Assembly (NCBI GenBank): GCA_049303575.1
Contig: JBAQNH010000002.1
Span: 508,541-572,540, forward strand
Source of the DNA: Microgenomates group bacterium
Lineage (GTDB): Bacteria; Patescibacteriota; Microgenomatia; UBA1400; MFAQ01
DNA length: 64,000 bases
Reading direction: 5' to 3'
Position numbers and translations under genes: made by a program. The notes beneath the pieces are model-generated. The model was not told where the DNA came from, did not search any database, and saw only the letters and a list, made by a program, of their open reading frames with translations. Within the stretch, counting starts at the first letter, position 1, and the number at the start of each line of letters is the position of its first letter. Shown here piece after piece: positions 38,540 through 48,445 of the stretch.

Positions 38540-39960
38540 AACAACTCCACGAACTAACCATTAAAGAAGTCCATGATGGCTATCTCAACAAAGATTTCTC
38601 CTGTGTTGACTTAATTAGGCATTTTCAAAATCGCATCGAAAAGTACAATCCAAAATTAAATATTTATCTTGCTCTAAACGACAATGTGTTGCTGGAAGCC
38701 GAAGCAATTGACAAAGAAATTGCTGAAAAGGGGATTACTCGTCCTCTACTGGGAATTCCTTTTGCTGTAAAAGATAATTTTTTGACGGTCGGTATCGCGA
38801 CAACGGCAAGCTCCAATATCCTTAAAGATTATCATCCTCAATATGACTCTACCGTTATCGAAAAGATTAAAAATGCTGGCGCTGTTATTTTAGGCAAAAC
38901 GAACATGGACTCTTTTGCTCATGGTTCCAGTACCGAAACATCCGATTTTGGACCCACTCTCAATCCCTGGAACCCCGACAAATTACCGGGCGGCTCATCT
39001 GGTGGTTCCGCCGCCGCTATTGCTGCCCAGCTTGCTACTGTTGCGCTTGGTTCAGAAACGGCCGGATCAATCCGTCAGCCGGCAGCTTGGTGTGGAGTAA
39101 CCGGTCTTAAACCTACCTACGGCAGAGCCAGTCGTTATGGTGTCATTGCTATGGCTAGTTCCACCGACTCACCTGGTCCGATTGGTAAATCCGTCGAAGA
39201 CTGCGCCCTTGTTACCGAAGTTATTTCCGGTAAAGATCCCCAAGATGCCACGACCTCTCCTTCCCCCGTCGAAAAATATACCGAAAGTCTTTATGCTGCT
39301 GATTTACGTGGTGTCCGCATTGGTATCGTCAAAGAATATCTTCTCGTCGAAATGCGTGAAGATGTTAAAAATTTGATTCTTAATGCTGCCGACAAACTAC
39401 GATTGTTGGGCGCAACAGTTGAAGAAGTTTCTCTCATGGATCCTCACTACTCAATTGGTGTCTACACCGTCATCCAGCGTTCCGAAGTTAGTTCAAACCT
39501 TGCTCGTTTTGATGGTATTCGCTTTGGTCACGAAAGAGACACTTTTTGTGAAGAAACCAAGCGACGCATAATGCTTGGTACCTATACTTTGTCAGCCGGA
39601 TACTATGATGCTTTTTATAAAAAGGCGCAGGCCGTTCGCACAAAAATCGTTGATGAATTTAATGAGATCTTTAAAACCTACGACGCTATCATCGGTGCCG
39701 TTTCTCCCGGACCCGCTCATTCCCTGGGCGCTACCAAAAATCAGCCCATGTTTGGAGAAATGGAAGACGTTCTTCTAGAGCCATCTTCAATTGCCGGATT
39801 AACCAGTGTCGGGGTACCATGTGGTTTTGTAGACAATCTACCCATAGGGCTTCAGGTAACTTCAAATCAGCTCAAAGAATCAACTGCCATAAAGATTGCC
39901 GACTGTTTTCAGCGCCATACACAGTTTCAGTTATTTCCTGATTTAGACAAAACCATATGA
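38536..39960 (+). CDS. gatA: Asp/Glu-tRNA amidotransferase subunit A (amidase)
   Basis: Amidase signature GGSSGGSAAAIAA. Confidence 0.9.
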   Translation: MKQLHELTIKEVHDGYLNKDFSCVDLIRHFQNRIEKYNPKLNIYLALNDNVLLEAEAIDKEIAEKGITRPLLGIPFAVKDNFLTVGIATTASSNILKDYHPQYDSTVIEKIKNAGAVILGKTNMDSFAHGSSTETSDFGPTLNPWNPDKLPGGSSGGSAAAIAAQLATVALGSETAGSIRQPAAWCGVTGLKPTYGRASRYGVIAMASSTDSPGPIGKSVEDCALVTEVISGKDPQDATTSPSPVEKYTESLYAADLRGVRIGIVKEYLLVEMREDVKNLILNAADKLRLLGATVEEVSLMDPHYSIGVYTVIQRSEVSSNLARFDGIRFGHERDTFCEETKRRIMLGTYTLSAGYYDAFYKKAQAVRTKIVDEFNEIFKTYDAIIGAVSPGPAHSLGATKNQPMFGEMEDVLLEPSSIAGLTSVGVPCGFVDNLPIGLQVTSNQLKESTAIKIADCFQRHTQFQLFPDLDKTI

Positions 39961-41282
39961 AAGCCACACCCCTAATCGGTTTAGAAGTCCACGTCGAACT
40001 AGAAACTAAGTCCAAAATGTTTTGTGGTTGTCCTGCCGATCATTTTGGCAAGGACCCAAACACCCAAACCTGTCCCGTTTGTCTAGGTCTTCCCGGTGCT
40101 CTCCCGGTTCCCAACGAAAAAGCCATTGAATCGTGTTTGAAAATTGGTCTGGCTCTCAACTGCCATGTTAATTCTCTAAGTAAGTTTGATCGCAAACAAT
40201 ACTTCTATCCCGACTTGTCCAAAGGCTATCAAATCAGTCAGTACGATCAGCCTTTTTGCTCCGATGGTTTTGTGATGCTCGACTCGGGTAAAAGAATTGG
40301 TATCGAACGTGTTCACATGGAAGAGGATACCGGCAAACTCCAGCACGTCGAATTGGAAGATAAAAAAGTATCCCTTGTTGACTTCAATCGTTCCGGTGTG
40401 CCCTTGGTAGAAATTGTTTCTCGACCCGACCTGTCATCTTCCGCCGAAGCCAAAGAATACCTTAAGAAAATTCACGAAATAGTAAGAGCTATCGATGTTT
40501 CCAGCGCCGACATGGAAAAAGGTCAGATGCGTTTGGAACCAACAGTTAATGTTTGTCTTGAGGATGAATCCGGCACTCACTACACCCCTCTCTCGGAGAT
40601 TAAAAATATCAACTCTTTCAACTTTGCTACTCAAGCAATTGACTTCGAAATTGCTCGTCAAATAGATGAGTTTAATAAAACCGGAACAGAGAAAACAGCC
40701 GTCAATAAAACTACCCGAGGCTACGACGCCGTCAAAAAAATCACCTTTCTCCAAAGAACCAAGGAAGAGGCCAAAGACTACCGTTATTTCCCCGAGCCCG
40801 ATATTCCCCCCTTCATCCTTGAAAACGAACTGATAGAAAAACTAAAAGGGGAGTTACCCCAACTTCCAGAGCAGATAATTGCCGGGCTTGTCGATCTTGG
40901 TATTGAAACAAAATACGCCAAAATAATTCATTCAAATAACGAAATGTTGACGATTATTGAAAAATATAAGGAAGATAAAGATATCGACTTAAACAAACTG
41001 GGTAGTCTTCTAGTCAATAAAAAAATTGACACAAAAGGGGACGTAAAGGGGGAGTACCAAAAAGCCTCTAGGATTGGAAACACCAATGTAGACGAACTAA
41101 GAGTGGTTGTCGAAAAAATTATTGAAAATAATCCCAGTATCGTGGCAGAGTATAAAAAGGGCAAAACAAATGTCCTTGGATTCTTTGTCGGTCAAGCCAT
41201 GAAGGAAACCAAGGGTCAGGCTGATCCAAAAACGTTAAGCGAGATTATTCTCTCTCTGCTCACGGGCAAAGTCTCTCTTTAA
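39957..41282 (+). CDS. gatB: Asp/Glu-tRNA amidotransferase subunit B
   Basis: IGLEVHVELETKSKMFCGC canonical GatB N-terminus. Confidence 0.9.
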   Translation: MKATPLIGLEVHVELETKSKMFCGCPADHFGKDPNTQTCPVCLGLPGALPVPNEKAIESCLKIGLALNCHVNSLSKFDRKQYFYPDLSKGYQISQYDQPFCSDGFVMLDSGKRIGIERVHMEEDTGKLQHVELEDKKVSLVDFNRSGVPLVEIVSRPDLSSSAEAKEYLKKIHEIVRAIDVSSADMEKGQMRLEPTVNVCLEDESGTHYTPLSEIKNINSFNFATQAIDFEIARQIDEFNKTGTEKTAVNKTTRGYDAVKKITFLQRTKEEAKDYRYFPEPDIPPFILENELIEKLKGELPQLPEQIIAGLVDLGIETKYAKIIHSNNEMLTIIEKYKEDKDIDLNKLGSLLVNKKIDTKGDVKGEYQKASRIGNTNVDELRVVVEKIIENNPSIVAEYKKGKTNVLGFFVGQAMKETKGQADPKTLSEIILSLLTGKVSL

Positions 41283-41678
41283 GGTCATAATATCTTTATT
41301 GCACCGGATAACTTTTAATTCTTGAGCCTCATCGTTCCATTCAACAGTATCTCCTTGCTCCGCAATAATCAGCGGATAATATTTATTCTCATTAGTGCAA
41401 ACGAACAAACAAACATAGTATTTCCTCGTATCGTGTTCCATAGTTAACTCTCCATCTGTCAGAACCAATACGTCTTCAATGGTGTGGCCGGCAAGATCTT
41501 TTTCTTTATGGTGTTTTGGGCTTCCTGTGAAGGGGACTCCCACCATTACACTATCCAAAAAATACTTCATAAAATAACAAGAGTCGCGAGAATTATTATT
41601 TTCTATTCTCACGATCCTCTCGTTTTCTTTATGCTCGGGGCCATCCAGGTTCGTGTCCATTCTTGATTCATTCTCCAT
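41235..41678 (-). CDS. Hypothetical protein (147 aa), 3' end antisense-overlapping gatB
   Basis: Open frame only; Cys-containing, no motif recognised. Confidence 0.3.
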   Translation of the reverse strand: MENESRMDTNLDGPEHKENERIVRIENNNSRDSCYFMKYFLDSVMVGVPFTGSPKHHKEKDLAGHTIEDVLVLTDGELTMEHDTRKYYVCLFVCTNENKYYPLIIAEQGDTVEWNDEAQELKVIRCNKDIMTLKRDFAREQRENNLA

Positions 41679-41805
41679 GGCCTAAATCATATCATCTAAC
41701 TTAAGGTTTGAAACAGATAGCACCTTCCTTAATCCAGCGAAGAGTTCAGCACCACTTGAAAATCTTCACATCACCCTTGATGATAGGTAGTAGTAACATT
41801 AATCA

Positions 41806-44800
41806 ATGCCAAAGTTTACCCATCTTCATGTTCATACGGAATTTTCTTTACTGGATGGCCTTTCCAAGATAGGTAAGTTGGTTGCCAAAACGAAAGAGTT
41901 TGGCCAAACTCATCTCGCTATTACCGATCATGGCACTATGTATGGCGCCATCGAATTCTACAAAAAAACAACCAAGGAAGACATTAAGCCCATCATCGGC
42001 TGTGAGGTTTATCTCGCCAAAAATTCTCGTCTAGACAGAGAGAAACAGGACGCCAATCACCTAATTCTTCTTTCCGAAAATTTTGAAGGTTATCAAAACC
42101 TTATGAAGATTGTTACCGCTGGTTTCATGGAGGGTTTTTATTACAAACCTCGCATCGACAAAGAGATTCTCGCCAAATATTCCAAAGGTATTATCTGTAC
42201 CACGGCTTGTCCGGCTGGTAGAGTTCAAAAACTACTGGTTGAGAATAGTTATGAAGAAGCCAAAAAAGAACTCAAGGAATACGAACAAATCTTTGGTTCT
42301 CAAAATGTTTTCATTGAACTTCAAAGACACCATTTTGATCGTTTTGCTCTTTCCTCTACGGTTCCGGCGGAAATAAAACCCAAGCTTTTAGAACTTCACG
42401 AAAATCAACAAAAGGGTGAAAAGGGTCTCATAAAACTCAGTCGAGAATTGGGAATTCCCTTAATTGCTACCAACGACTCCCACTATATCAACAAGGACGA
42501 TGCCGCCGCTCAAGATGCTCTGGTTTGTATTCAGTCCGGTAAAGTACTCACCGACATCAATCGTATGCGCTACATCGACACTCCGGACTTTTATCTCAAA
42601 TCACCGGATGAGATGGCCGCTGAGTTTGAAGACCTTCCCGAAGCCATTGAAAATACCCAAAAACTCGCCGACCGTTGTAATCTGGAAATTACCATTGGTA
42701 AATGGTACTTTCCTAAAATAAAGCTTCCGGAAGGAAAAACTGCCGGAGAAACCCTAAGAGACAAAGCTTATGAAGGCGCCAAAGAAAAATTTCCGGAAAT
42801 TACGGAGGAAATTACTAAACGTCTTGATTATGAACTCGAAATTATCGAAAACAAAGGCTACTCTCCTTATTTTCTGTTGGAATCGGGAATCGTAAACTTT
42901 GCCGACGAATCGGGATTCTATACCAACACTAGAGGTTCCGCCGCTGGATCTCTCGTTTCTTACTGTTGTGGAATTACGACCGTTGACCCCTTGAGATTCC
43001 GTCTTCCGTTCGAACGTTTTTTAAACCCTTTCCGTCCGTCACCTCCGGATATTGACCTTGATGTCGCCGATATTCATCGAGACGATCTCATCAAGTATCT
43101 GGGTGATACCTATGGCCAAGAAAAAGTAGGTCAGATCTGTACTTTTGGCACCATGAAAGCCAGAGCCGCTATAAGAGATATCGGTCGCGTAATGGGCATG
43201 CCTTACTCCAAGGTTGATCTCATTAGCAAAAGCATTCCGGAAGGCAGCCAGGGCTTTCCTATGACCCTCAAAAAGGCCCTGGATATAACTCCCGAACTCC
43301 AAAAAATGAAGGATAGTGATCCGGAAGTCGCCACTCTCCTTGCTATGGCTCAGAAAGTCGAGGGAAACGCCCGTCACGTCTCGGTTCACGCCGCCGCTGT
43401 TATTGTCGGTCCGGACGACTTGGTCAAATTTACTCCTCTACAGATGGAAACAGGGGGAGGTAATCGTGTAATTACCCAGTATGAAATGCATGCTAGTGAA
43501 GATATCGGTCTCATGAAGCTTGATATCTTAGGTATTTCCAACCTCACCATACTGGCTAATGCCGTCAAAATTGTTGAGGTACTTCACCACGTCAGAATAG
43601 ATATTAAGAATCTTCCTCTAGACGACAAAGAAACTTACGAAATGCTTGCCAGAGGAGAAACCTTCGGAGTTTTTCAGATGGCCGGCGGAGGAATGACAAA
43701 GTATTTGATGGATCTTCACCCGGAACGCATTGAAGACCTAATGGCTATGGTGGCTTTGTACCGTCCCGGACCAATGGGTTCAATTCCTGAGTACATTGAA
43801 AGAAAAAGAGATCCTAGCAAAATTAAATATTTTGTTCCGGGACTAGAAAAAATCCTGGACATGTCCTACGGCATCATTACCTACCAGGATGACGTTTTGT
43901 TTATGGCCATCGATCTTGCCGGTTACAACTGGGAAGAAGCCGATAAATTTAGAAAAGCTATCGGTAAAAAAATTCCTGAAGAGATGGAAAAACAACACTC
44001 CAAATTTGTGGATGGTTGTGTTGAGTTTAGTCATATTCCAAGAGACAAAGCGGAGGAACTTTTTAAACAGATCGAAACTTTTGCAGCCTACGGCTTCAAC
44101 AAAGCCCACGCCGCTTCTTACGGTATCGTTTCCTACTGGACAGGCTATGTCAAAGCCCACTATCCTGTCGAGTACATGACCGCACTTATGTCTGTCGAGG
44201 CGGCCGACACCGACAAAATTGTCACCGCCATTGGAGAGTGTGAAACCTTGGGAATCAGAGTCTTGTCACCGGATATCAACGAATCACTAACCGACTTCAC
44301 CGTTATCGATCTGGCCGAAGATCAGTGGCTAGATGAAGGCAGAGCCAGAAATACCGGCAAAGCAATTCGCTTTGGTCTCTCCGCCATTAAAAATGTGGGT
44401 GAATCGGCCATTAAAGCAATACTCTCAGCCAGAGACGGCGGCGATTTTAAGTCCTTTACCGACTTCCTGCGACGCGTCGATCTCTCCAAAGTAAATAAAA
44501 AAGTGGTCGAGTCTCTCATCAAAGCGGGCGCACTTGATCGTTGGGGAAATCGTGCCCAACTCTTAACTGCCTTACCTATCATCCGTGATAACACTGTCAG
44601 ACTTCAGAAAGGCAAAGACTCCAACCAGGTTGGTCTTTTTGCTACCGTCGACCATACCGAGGATGCCACCGACCATCTTCCTGAAATTCCCGAAATGCCT
44701 CTTGATGAAAAACTAAAACTCGAAAAAGAACTTCTTGGGTTTTATCTCACCGATCACCCAGTAAAAAAAATAATGCGCATTGTTGCTAATCAAATTACCC

Positions 44801-45309
44801 ATAAAATTAATCAACTAGACCCCACCCTTCATCTCAACCAAATTGTCACCATTGCCGGAGTTGTTTCTCGAGTTAGGTTGGTAAACACCAAAAAGAACAA
44901 TTCCAAAATGGCCTTTATTACTGTCGAAGACGACACCAAAAGTATTGATTGTGTAATTTTCCCCAAGCTTTATGCCGAAAACCCCTTAAACTATCTCGAA
45001 GACACCGCTCTCATCGTCAAAGGCAAAGTTGATAACCGTGACGACAAGATCCAAATCGTTGTCGACTCCGTTGCTGTCATTGACACCAAACTTACTCCCC
45101 AAGACATGATTCACGAAATCTTCATCAAAAACGGCACTCCTACGGATCGTCTGGAAAAAGTGAGCGCCCTGCTAAAAGCTCATTTGGGTGAGCACGAAAT
45201 CACCATTGCCCTCGAGTCCGGTAATAACCTTAAAAAAATAAAGCTACCCTACAAAGTCGATTACACCGAGGAACTTGAGAAACAGGTGGAAAAAACACTC
45301 GCGGGCTGA
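41806..45309 (+). CDS. dnaE: DNA polymerase III alpha subunit
   Basis: PHP start HLHVHTEFSLLDG; 1167 aa. Confidence 0.9.
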   Translation: MPKFTHLHVHTEFSLLDGLSKIGKLVAKTKEFGQTHLAITDHGTMYGAIEFYKKTTKEDIKPIIGCEVYLAKNSRLDREKQDANHLILLSENFEGYQNLMKIVTAGFMEGFYYKPRIDKEILAKYSKGIICTTACPAGRVQKLLVENSYEEAKKELKEYEQIFGSQNVFIELQRHHFDRFALSSTVPAEIKPKLLELHENQQKGEKGLIKLSRELGIPLIATNDSHYINKDDAAAQDALVCIQSGKVLTDINRMRYIDTPDFYLKSPDEMAAEFEDLPEAIENTQKLADRCNLEITIGKWYFPKIKLPEGKTAGETLRDKAYEGAKEKFPEITEEITKRLDYELEIIENKGYSPYFLLESGIVNFADESGFYTNTRGSAAGSLVSYCCGITTVDPLRFRLPFERFLNPFRPSPPDIDLDVADIHRDDLIKYLGDTYGQEKVGQICTFGTMKARAAIRDIGRVMGMPYSKVDLISKSIPEGSQGFPMTLKKALDITPELQKMKDSDPEVATLLAMAQKVEGNARHVSVHAAAVIVGPDDLVKFTPLQMETGGGNRVITQYEMHASEDIGLMKLDILGISNLTILANAVKIVEVLHHVRIDIKNLPLDDKETYEMLARGETFGVFQMAGGGMTKYLMDLHPERIEDLMAMVALYRPGPMGSIPEYIERKRDPSKIKYFVPGLEKILDMSYGIITYQDDVLFMAIDLAGYNWEEADKFRKAIGKKIPEEMEKQHSKFVDGCVEFSHIPRDKAEELFKQIETFAAYGFNKAHAASYGIVSYWTGYVKAHYPVEYMTALMSVEAADTDKIVTAIGECETLGIRVLSPDINESLTDFTVIDLAEDQWLDEGRARNTGKAIRFGLSAIKNVGESAIKAILSARDGGDFKSFTDFLRRVDLSKVNKKVVESLIKAGALDRWGNRAQLLTALPIIRDNTVRLQKGKDSNQVGLFATVDHTEDATDHLPEIPEMPLDEKLKLEKELLGFYLTDHPVKKIMRIVANQITHKINQLDPTLHLNQIVTIAGVVSRVRLVNTKKNNSKMAFITVEDDTKSIDCVIFPKLYAENPLNYLEDTALIVKGKVDNRDDKIQIVVDSVAVIDTKLTPQDMIHEIFIKNGTPTDRLEKVSALLKAHLGEHEITIALESGNNLKKIKLPYKVDYTEELEKQVEKTLAG

Positions 45310-45323
45310 TAAAATAAGTCGCT

Positions 45324-45839
45324 ATGGCAAATCAAATCAAATGGCAGGACAAAATAGAGTTCTGTGTCGGAGACACCATTAAGGTATCTCAGACAATCAA
45401 AGAGGGTGACAAAACCCGTATCCAGGCTTTTCAAGGCATCGTTATCGCCATTCGTGGTGACGGCCAGGGTAAAAACTTCATCGTCCGCAAAATTGCTGTC
45501 GGTGGTGTTGGTGTAGAAAAAATCTACCCCATAAACACTCCTACGGTTACCGGTATCGAAATCATCAAAAAAGGTAAGGTCAGACGTGCCAAGCTCTACT
45601 ACCTTAGAAATCTTCTCGGTAAAAAAGCTACCAAGATCAAGGACGTCTTTGTTCGCAAGGGTCAAATTGCAACCGTTGAGGTTCCAGTTGAAACAGCTAA
45701 ATCAGAAGTTAAAGCAGAAACAACCAGATCAAAACCAGTCAAGGTAAAAAATGCCCCCAAGGTCGAGGTTGAAAAAGTCAAGAAAGTCAAAAAAGGACCC
45801 AAAAAGATTGTTCGCAAGGAACGTCAGTTTGTCCGCTAA
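45324..45839 (+). CDS. rplS: 50S ribosomal protein L19 with K-rich C-terminal extension
   Basis: L19 core GDTIKVSQTIKEGDKTRIQAFQGIVIAIRG. Confidence 0.85.
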   Translation: MANQIKWQDKIEFCVGDTIKVSQTIKEGDKTRIQAFQGIVIAIRGDGQGKNFIVRKIAVGGVGVEKIYPINTPTVTGIEIIKKGKVRRAKLYYLRNLLGKKATKIKDVFVRKGQIATVEVPVETAKSEVKAETTRSKPVKVKNAPKVEVEKVKKVKKGPKKIVRKERQFVR

Positions 45840-45857
45840 TCGGTTAAAATTGCTTTT

Positions 45858-46493
45858 GTGGAACCAATAAATTTTATTTTCATCAACGGTAAGGGTTCGT
45901 GCGGCAAAGATACTCAAGCAGATATTCTCCTTCAAACCTTAGGCAATAAAGCCATCAAACTCTCCACAGGAGATATTTACCGAGATGCTCGAGACGGCAC
46001 CGGAGAATACGGTAAATATCACGACCTTATCGCGCCATATATCGCCGAAGTCGACAAAATGGGTGGTTATGTTTGCGATGAAGTTATCTTCAACATCGTT
46101 AAAATTGTCGTTTCCGATAAAATTTCCGAAGGCAAAGAAACAATCATTTTTACTGGTTTCCCCAGAACTCTTGGTCAACTTGAACTCGTGGACCAACTAG
46201 TATCTTCACTTGAAGGTTCAAAAAGCTACCATCTACATTTTGACATTAGTGATGAAACCTCGCGAAGCAGAGCTAGAAATCGCCGCTTATTTGCCAAACA
46301 AAATGATCTTCCTGTAAGACCGGATGATGAGGAAGAAGTCGTCGAGAAACGTCTTAAAAAATTTAAGGAAGCAACCTATCCCATGCTGGCTGAGCTTGAT
46401 CAAGAAGGTAGGTTAATCAGCATCAATGCTGAAGGAACAATCAAAGACATTGAGAAAGAAACCTCGCGGCATTTTTCAAAAGAAAGGCTATAA
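45858..46493 (+). CDS. Adenylate kinase-like NMP kinase
   Basis: P-loop INGKGSCGKDTQA, LSTGDIYR, FTGFPRT, R..R LID remnants. Confidence 0.55.
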   Translation: MEPINFIFINGKGSCGKDTQADILLQTLGNKAIKLSTGDIYRDARDGTGEYGKYHDLIAPYIAEVDKMGGYVCDEVIFNIVKIVVSDKISEGKETIIFTGFPRTLGQLELVDQLVSSLEGSKSYHLHFDISDETSRSRARNRRLFAKQNDLPVRPDDEEEVVEKRLKKFKEATYPMLAELDQEGRLISINAEGTIKDIEKETSRHFSKERL

Positions 46494-46498
46494 AAAAT

Positions 46499-46640
46499 GA
46501 CGTCTCCCCGCACAGCAAGCTTTCAGCTTGGCGATGTACGGGGTTTCCTTGTCCATAAAAGCCCTTCGCATCGCTCCGTGCGGGCGGGCGCACGGGCGAT
46601 ATACCCTGACGAGAGCGAAAATTCACAAAGTGTGAGCTCA
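46499..46640. ncRNA. Candidate structured RNA / bidirectional terminator: GC-rich nested hairpins
   Basis: CCCCGCACAGCAAGCTTTCAGCTTGGCGATGTACGGGG and ATCGCTCCGTGCGGGCGGGCGCACGGGCGAT long stems; ~60 % GC island in AT-rich 350-nt intergenic between convergent genes. Confidence 0.3.
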
Positions 46641-46845
46641 CTATCACAAATTTGGAACTGATCTTCAATGAGTGAAAAGTTACACTTTAACAAACTTTAG
46701 CCAAATAAAATTACTTCTTTAGGATTGATCTTTCTCAAAAATTAGACAACTGGTTTTCCCATTACTGCTACATGCAATCTTGAGGAAGGTGATTAGAATA
46801 CTGCTTCCATAAATGATAAAGATCCGCTAATCCAAAATGGAAAAA

Positions 46846-47625
46846 TTAAGTAGATATTTTTACACAAGTAAACCCATTTCGCCACATAGGACTAAATTCC
46901 TGGAATACCTCCCCGTCATATCGGATAATTGTCCTACATTGACCTTCAGTGTTTTTTAGGCATTTAGGATCGTTTTGCTGAGGAGGTCTCATTTCATTCG
47001 TGTAATACATTATAAAAAATGGATATTCGGGTATTTTCATAGTCGATAGAATAAATTGTTGTTCTTGGGGCGAGGGTAAACGCCAATAATCCTGAGGATT
47101 ATTGCTTCTTGTCTTTCCACTCGGATCAAGATAACTGCATGCTTCATTAGCTACTTCACCTTTAATCTGCCCCACCCACCCCCACGGCGGAAGAACCGTG
47201 TTTCCCGGTAAATCCATCCCGCTCTGAGTATTTCCGGGTCCGGGCGGTGCTACAAGCAATGTTTGACCATTTAAATGTAGGGTATACGGCTTCTCGCCAA
47301 TGTGCGATTGCGCCAAAAAACTGATTATCCAATAAAACAGGAGCATAAATACTTGAATAGAAAATATGAAACGGAATGTGAGTATTTTCTGTATAAAGTT
47401 CGTTGCGTGAGTTATTAATAAATTTCTGCAAGCAAGAAGCAGAATAACATCAATAACAAAGACAACTATGCTGCCCATCAAAAACCAGTAAAAATCAGTT
47501 AGATAATCACGGCTGAAATAAATTGCTGCGGCCTGGCTAGTAGAACCTAGGAGTGCGAATGGGAAGATCAGAAGAAAAAGAAGGTAAACAAAGATTATTA
47601 TAATATTGGATGCTGAATGCTTCAT
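46846..47625 (-). CDS. Hypothetical membrane protein with Cys-containing extracytoplasmic C-domain
   Basis: 3-4 N-terminal TM; C-domain YWRLPSPQEQ; start moved to Met 47625 (longer ORF is antisense to tRNA-Glu). Confidence 0.4.
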   Translation of the reverse strand: MKHSASNIIIIFVYLLFLLIFPFALLGSTSQAAAIYFSRDYLTDFYWFLMGSIVVFVIDVILLLACRNLLITHATNFIQKILTFRFIFSIQVFMLLFYWIISFLAQSHIGEKPYTLHLNGQTLLVAPPGPGNTQSGMDLPGNTVLPPWGWVGQIKGEVANEACSYLDPSGKTRSNNPQDYWRLPSPQEQQFILSTMKIPEYPFFIMYYTNEMRPPQQNDPKCLKNTEGQCRTIIRYDGEVFQEFSPMWRNGFTCVKIST

Positions 47626-47666
47626 TCTGTGTTCACAAAGAACATAATGTCTTAAAAATGATTTTG

Positions 47667-47740
47667 TGATCCCGGCGGGAATCGAACCCGCGATATTCAG
47701 GATGAAAACCTGACGTCCTAGGCCGCTAGACGACGGGACC
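47667..47740 (-). tRNA. tRNA-Glu (anticodon TTC)
   Basis: Manual fold: GGTCCCG/CGGGATC acceptor (G2-U71), TCAGG/CCTGA anticodon stem, loop TTTTCAT, TTCGATT T-loop. Confidence 0.75.
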
Positions 47741-47755
47741 ATGCGTTAGACAATG

Positions 47756-47829
47756 TGGGTCAGCCGGGACTCGAACCCGGGACACCCTGCTTAAAAGGCA
47801 GGTGCTCTAACCGACTGAGCTACTGACCC
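47756..47829 (-). tRNA. tRNA-Lys (anticodon TTT)
   Basis: Manual fold: GGGTCAG/CTGACCC acceptor, CCTGC/GCAGG anticodon stem, loop CTTTTAA, TTCGAGT T-loop. Confidence 0.8.
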
Positions 47830-47935
47830 ATCATCAACGCCATATATTTTACCATTGAACCTGACAAAAGTGGAATAAAAGATAGAATTTAATCAAAAGA
47901 TAGGCATACGTATCAAACTGTGTACAATAAATTAA

Positions 47936-48427
47936 ATGAAAGTCTTAGGCATTGATCCGGGAACCGGTAGGGTAGGCTGGGGAATCGTAAACCATGAAGG
48001 GGGAGTTGATTCCCTTGTAGAATGTGGTTGTTTTGAAACTAAGGCAAACTCGGAACTTCCCGAAAGACTTCTAAAAATATATCTGTTTCTTCAAGATCTA
48101 ATTAAAAAACACAGACCCAATACTCTGTCTGTCGAATCTCTGTTCTTCGCCACCAATGTTAAGACTGCCTTTGATGTTGGTGCCGCTAGGGGAGTAATAC
48201 TCCTAGCAGGGGAGGAGGCCAAAATCCCCATCTTTCAGTACACCCCACTTCAAGTTAAGTCTTCTCTTGTCGGTTATGGTCAAGCTGATAAACATCAAAT
48301 CCAGTTCATGGTCACCAAAATTCTTCACCTAAAAGAAACTCCTAAACCGGATGACGCTGCCGACGCCGTAGCCATCGCTCTCACCCATTTATTTCACCAC
48401 CCAAACCCATTAAAAATCCGAAAATAG
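47936..48427 (+). CDS. ruvC: Holliday junction resolvase RuvC
   Basis: MKVLGIDPGTGRVGWGIV N-terminus. Confidence 0.85.
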   Translation: MKVLGIDPGTGRVGWGIVNHEGGVDSLVECGCFETKANSELPERLLKIYLFLQDLIKKHRPNTLSVESLFFATNVKTAFDVGAARGVILLAGEEAKIPIFQYTPLQVKSSLVGYGQADKHQIQFMVTKILHLKETPKPDDAADAVAIALTHLFHHPNPLKIRK

Positions 48428-48445
48428 GCATGCTATACTGGCTAT

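Noticed and set aside
46600-46625. Hammerhead-ribozyme-like core CUGACGA ... GAAA
   Set aside because: Flanking sequence cannot form helices II and III in the required order: GAGC...GCTC pairs but no GAA follows. Not supported.
46499-46640. SRP (4.5S) RNA, tmRNA or RNase P RNA identity for the structured element
   Set aside because: It lacks the SRP domain-IV GGAAGCAGC-type motif and the RNase P P4 / tmRNA tRNA-like ends, and is too short for the latter two. Left as unclassified candidate ncRNA.
46441-46668. 75-aa minus-strand ORF inside the GC-rich element
   Set aside because: It lies entirely within the palindromic GC island and gives an Arg/Pro/Gly-rich translation typical of GC-rich non-coding sequence read as protein. 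Treated as spurious.
47626-47742. 5' extension of the membrane-protein ORF
   Set aside because: The extension is the antisense reading of tRNA-Glu. Start moved to the Met at 47625.
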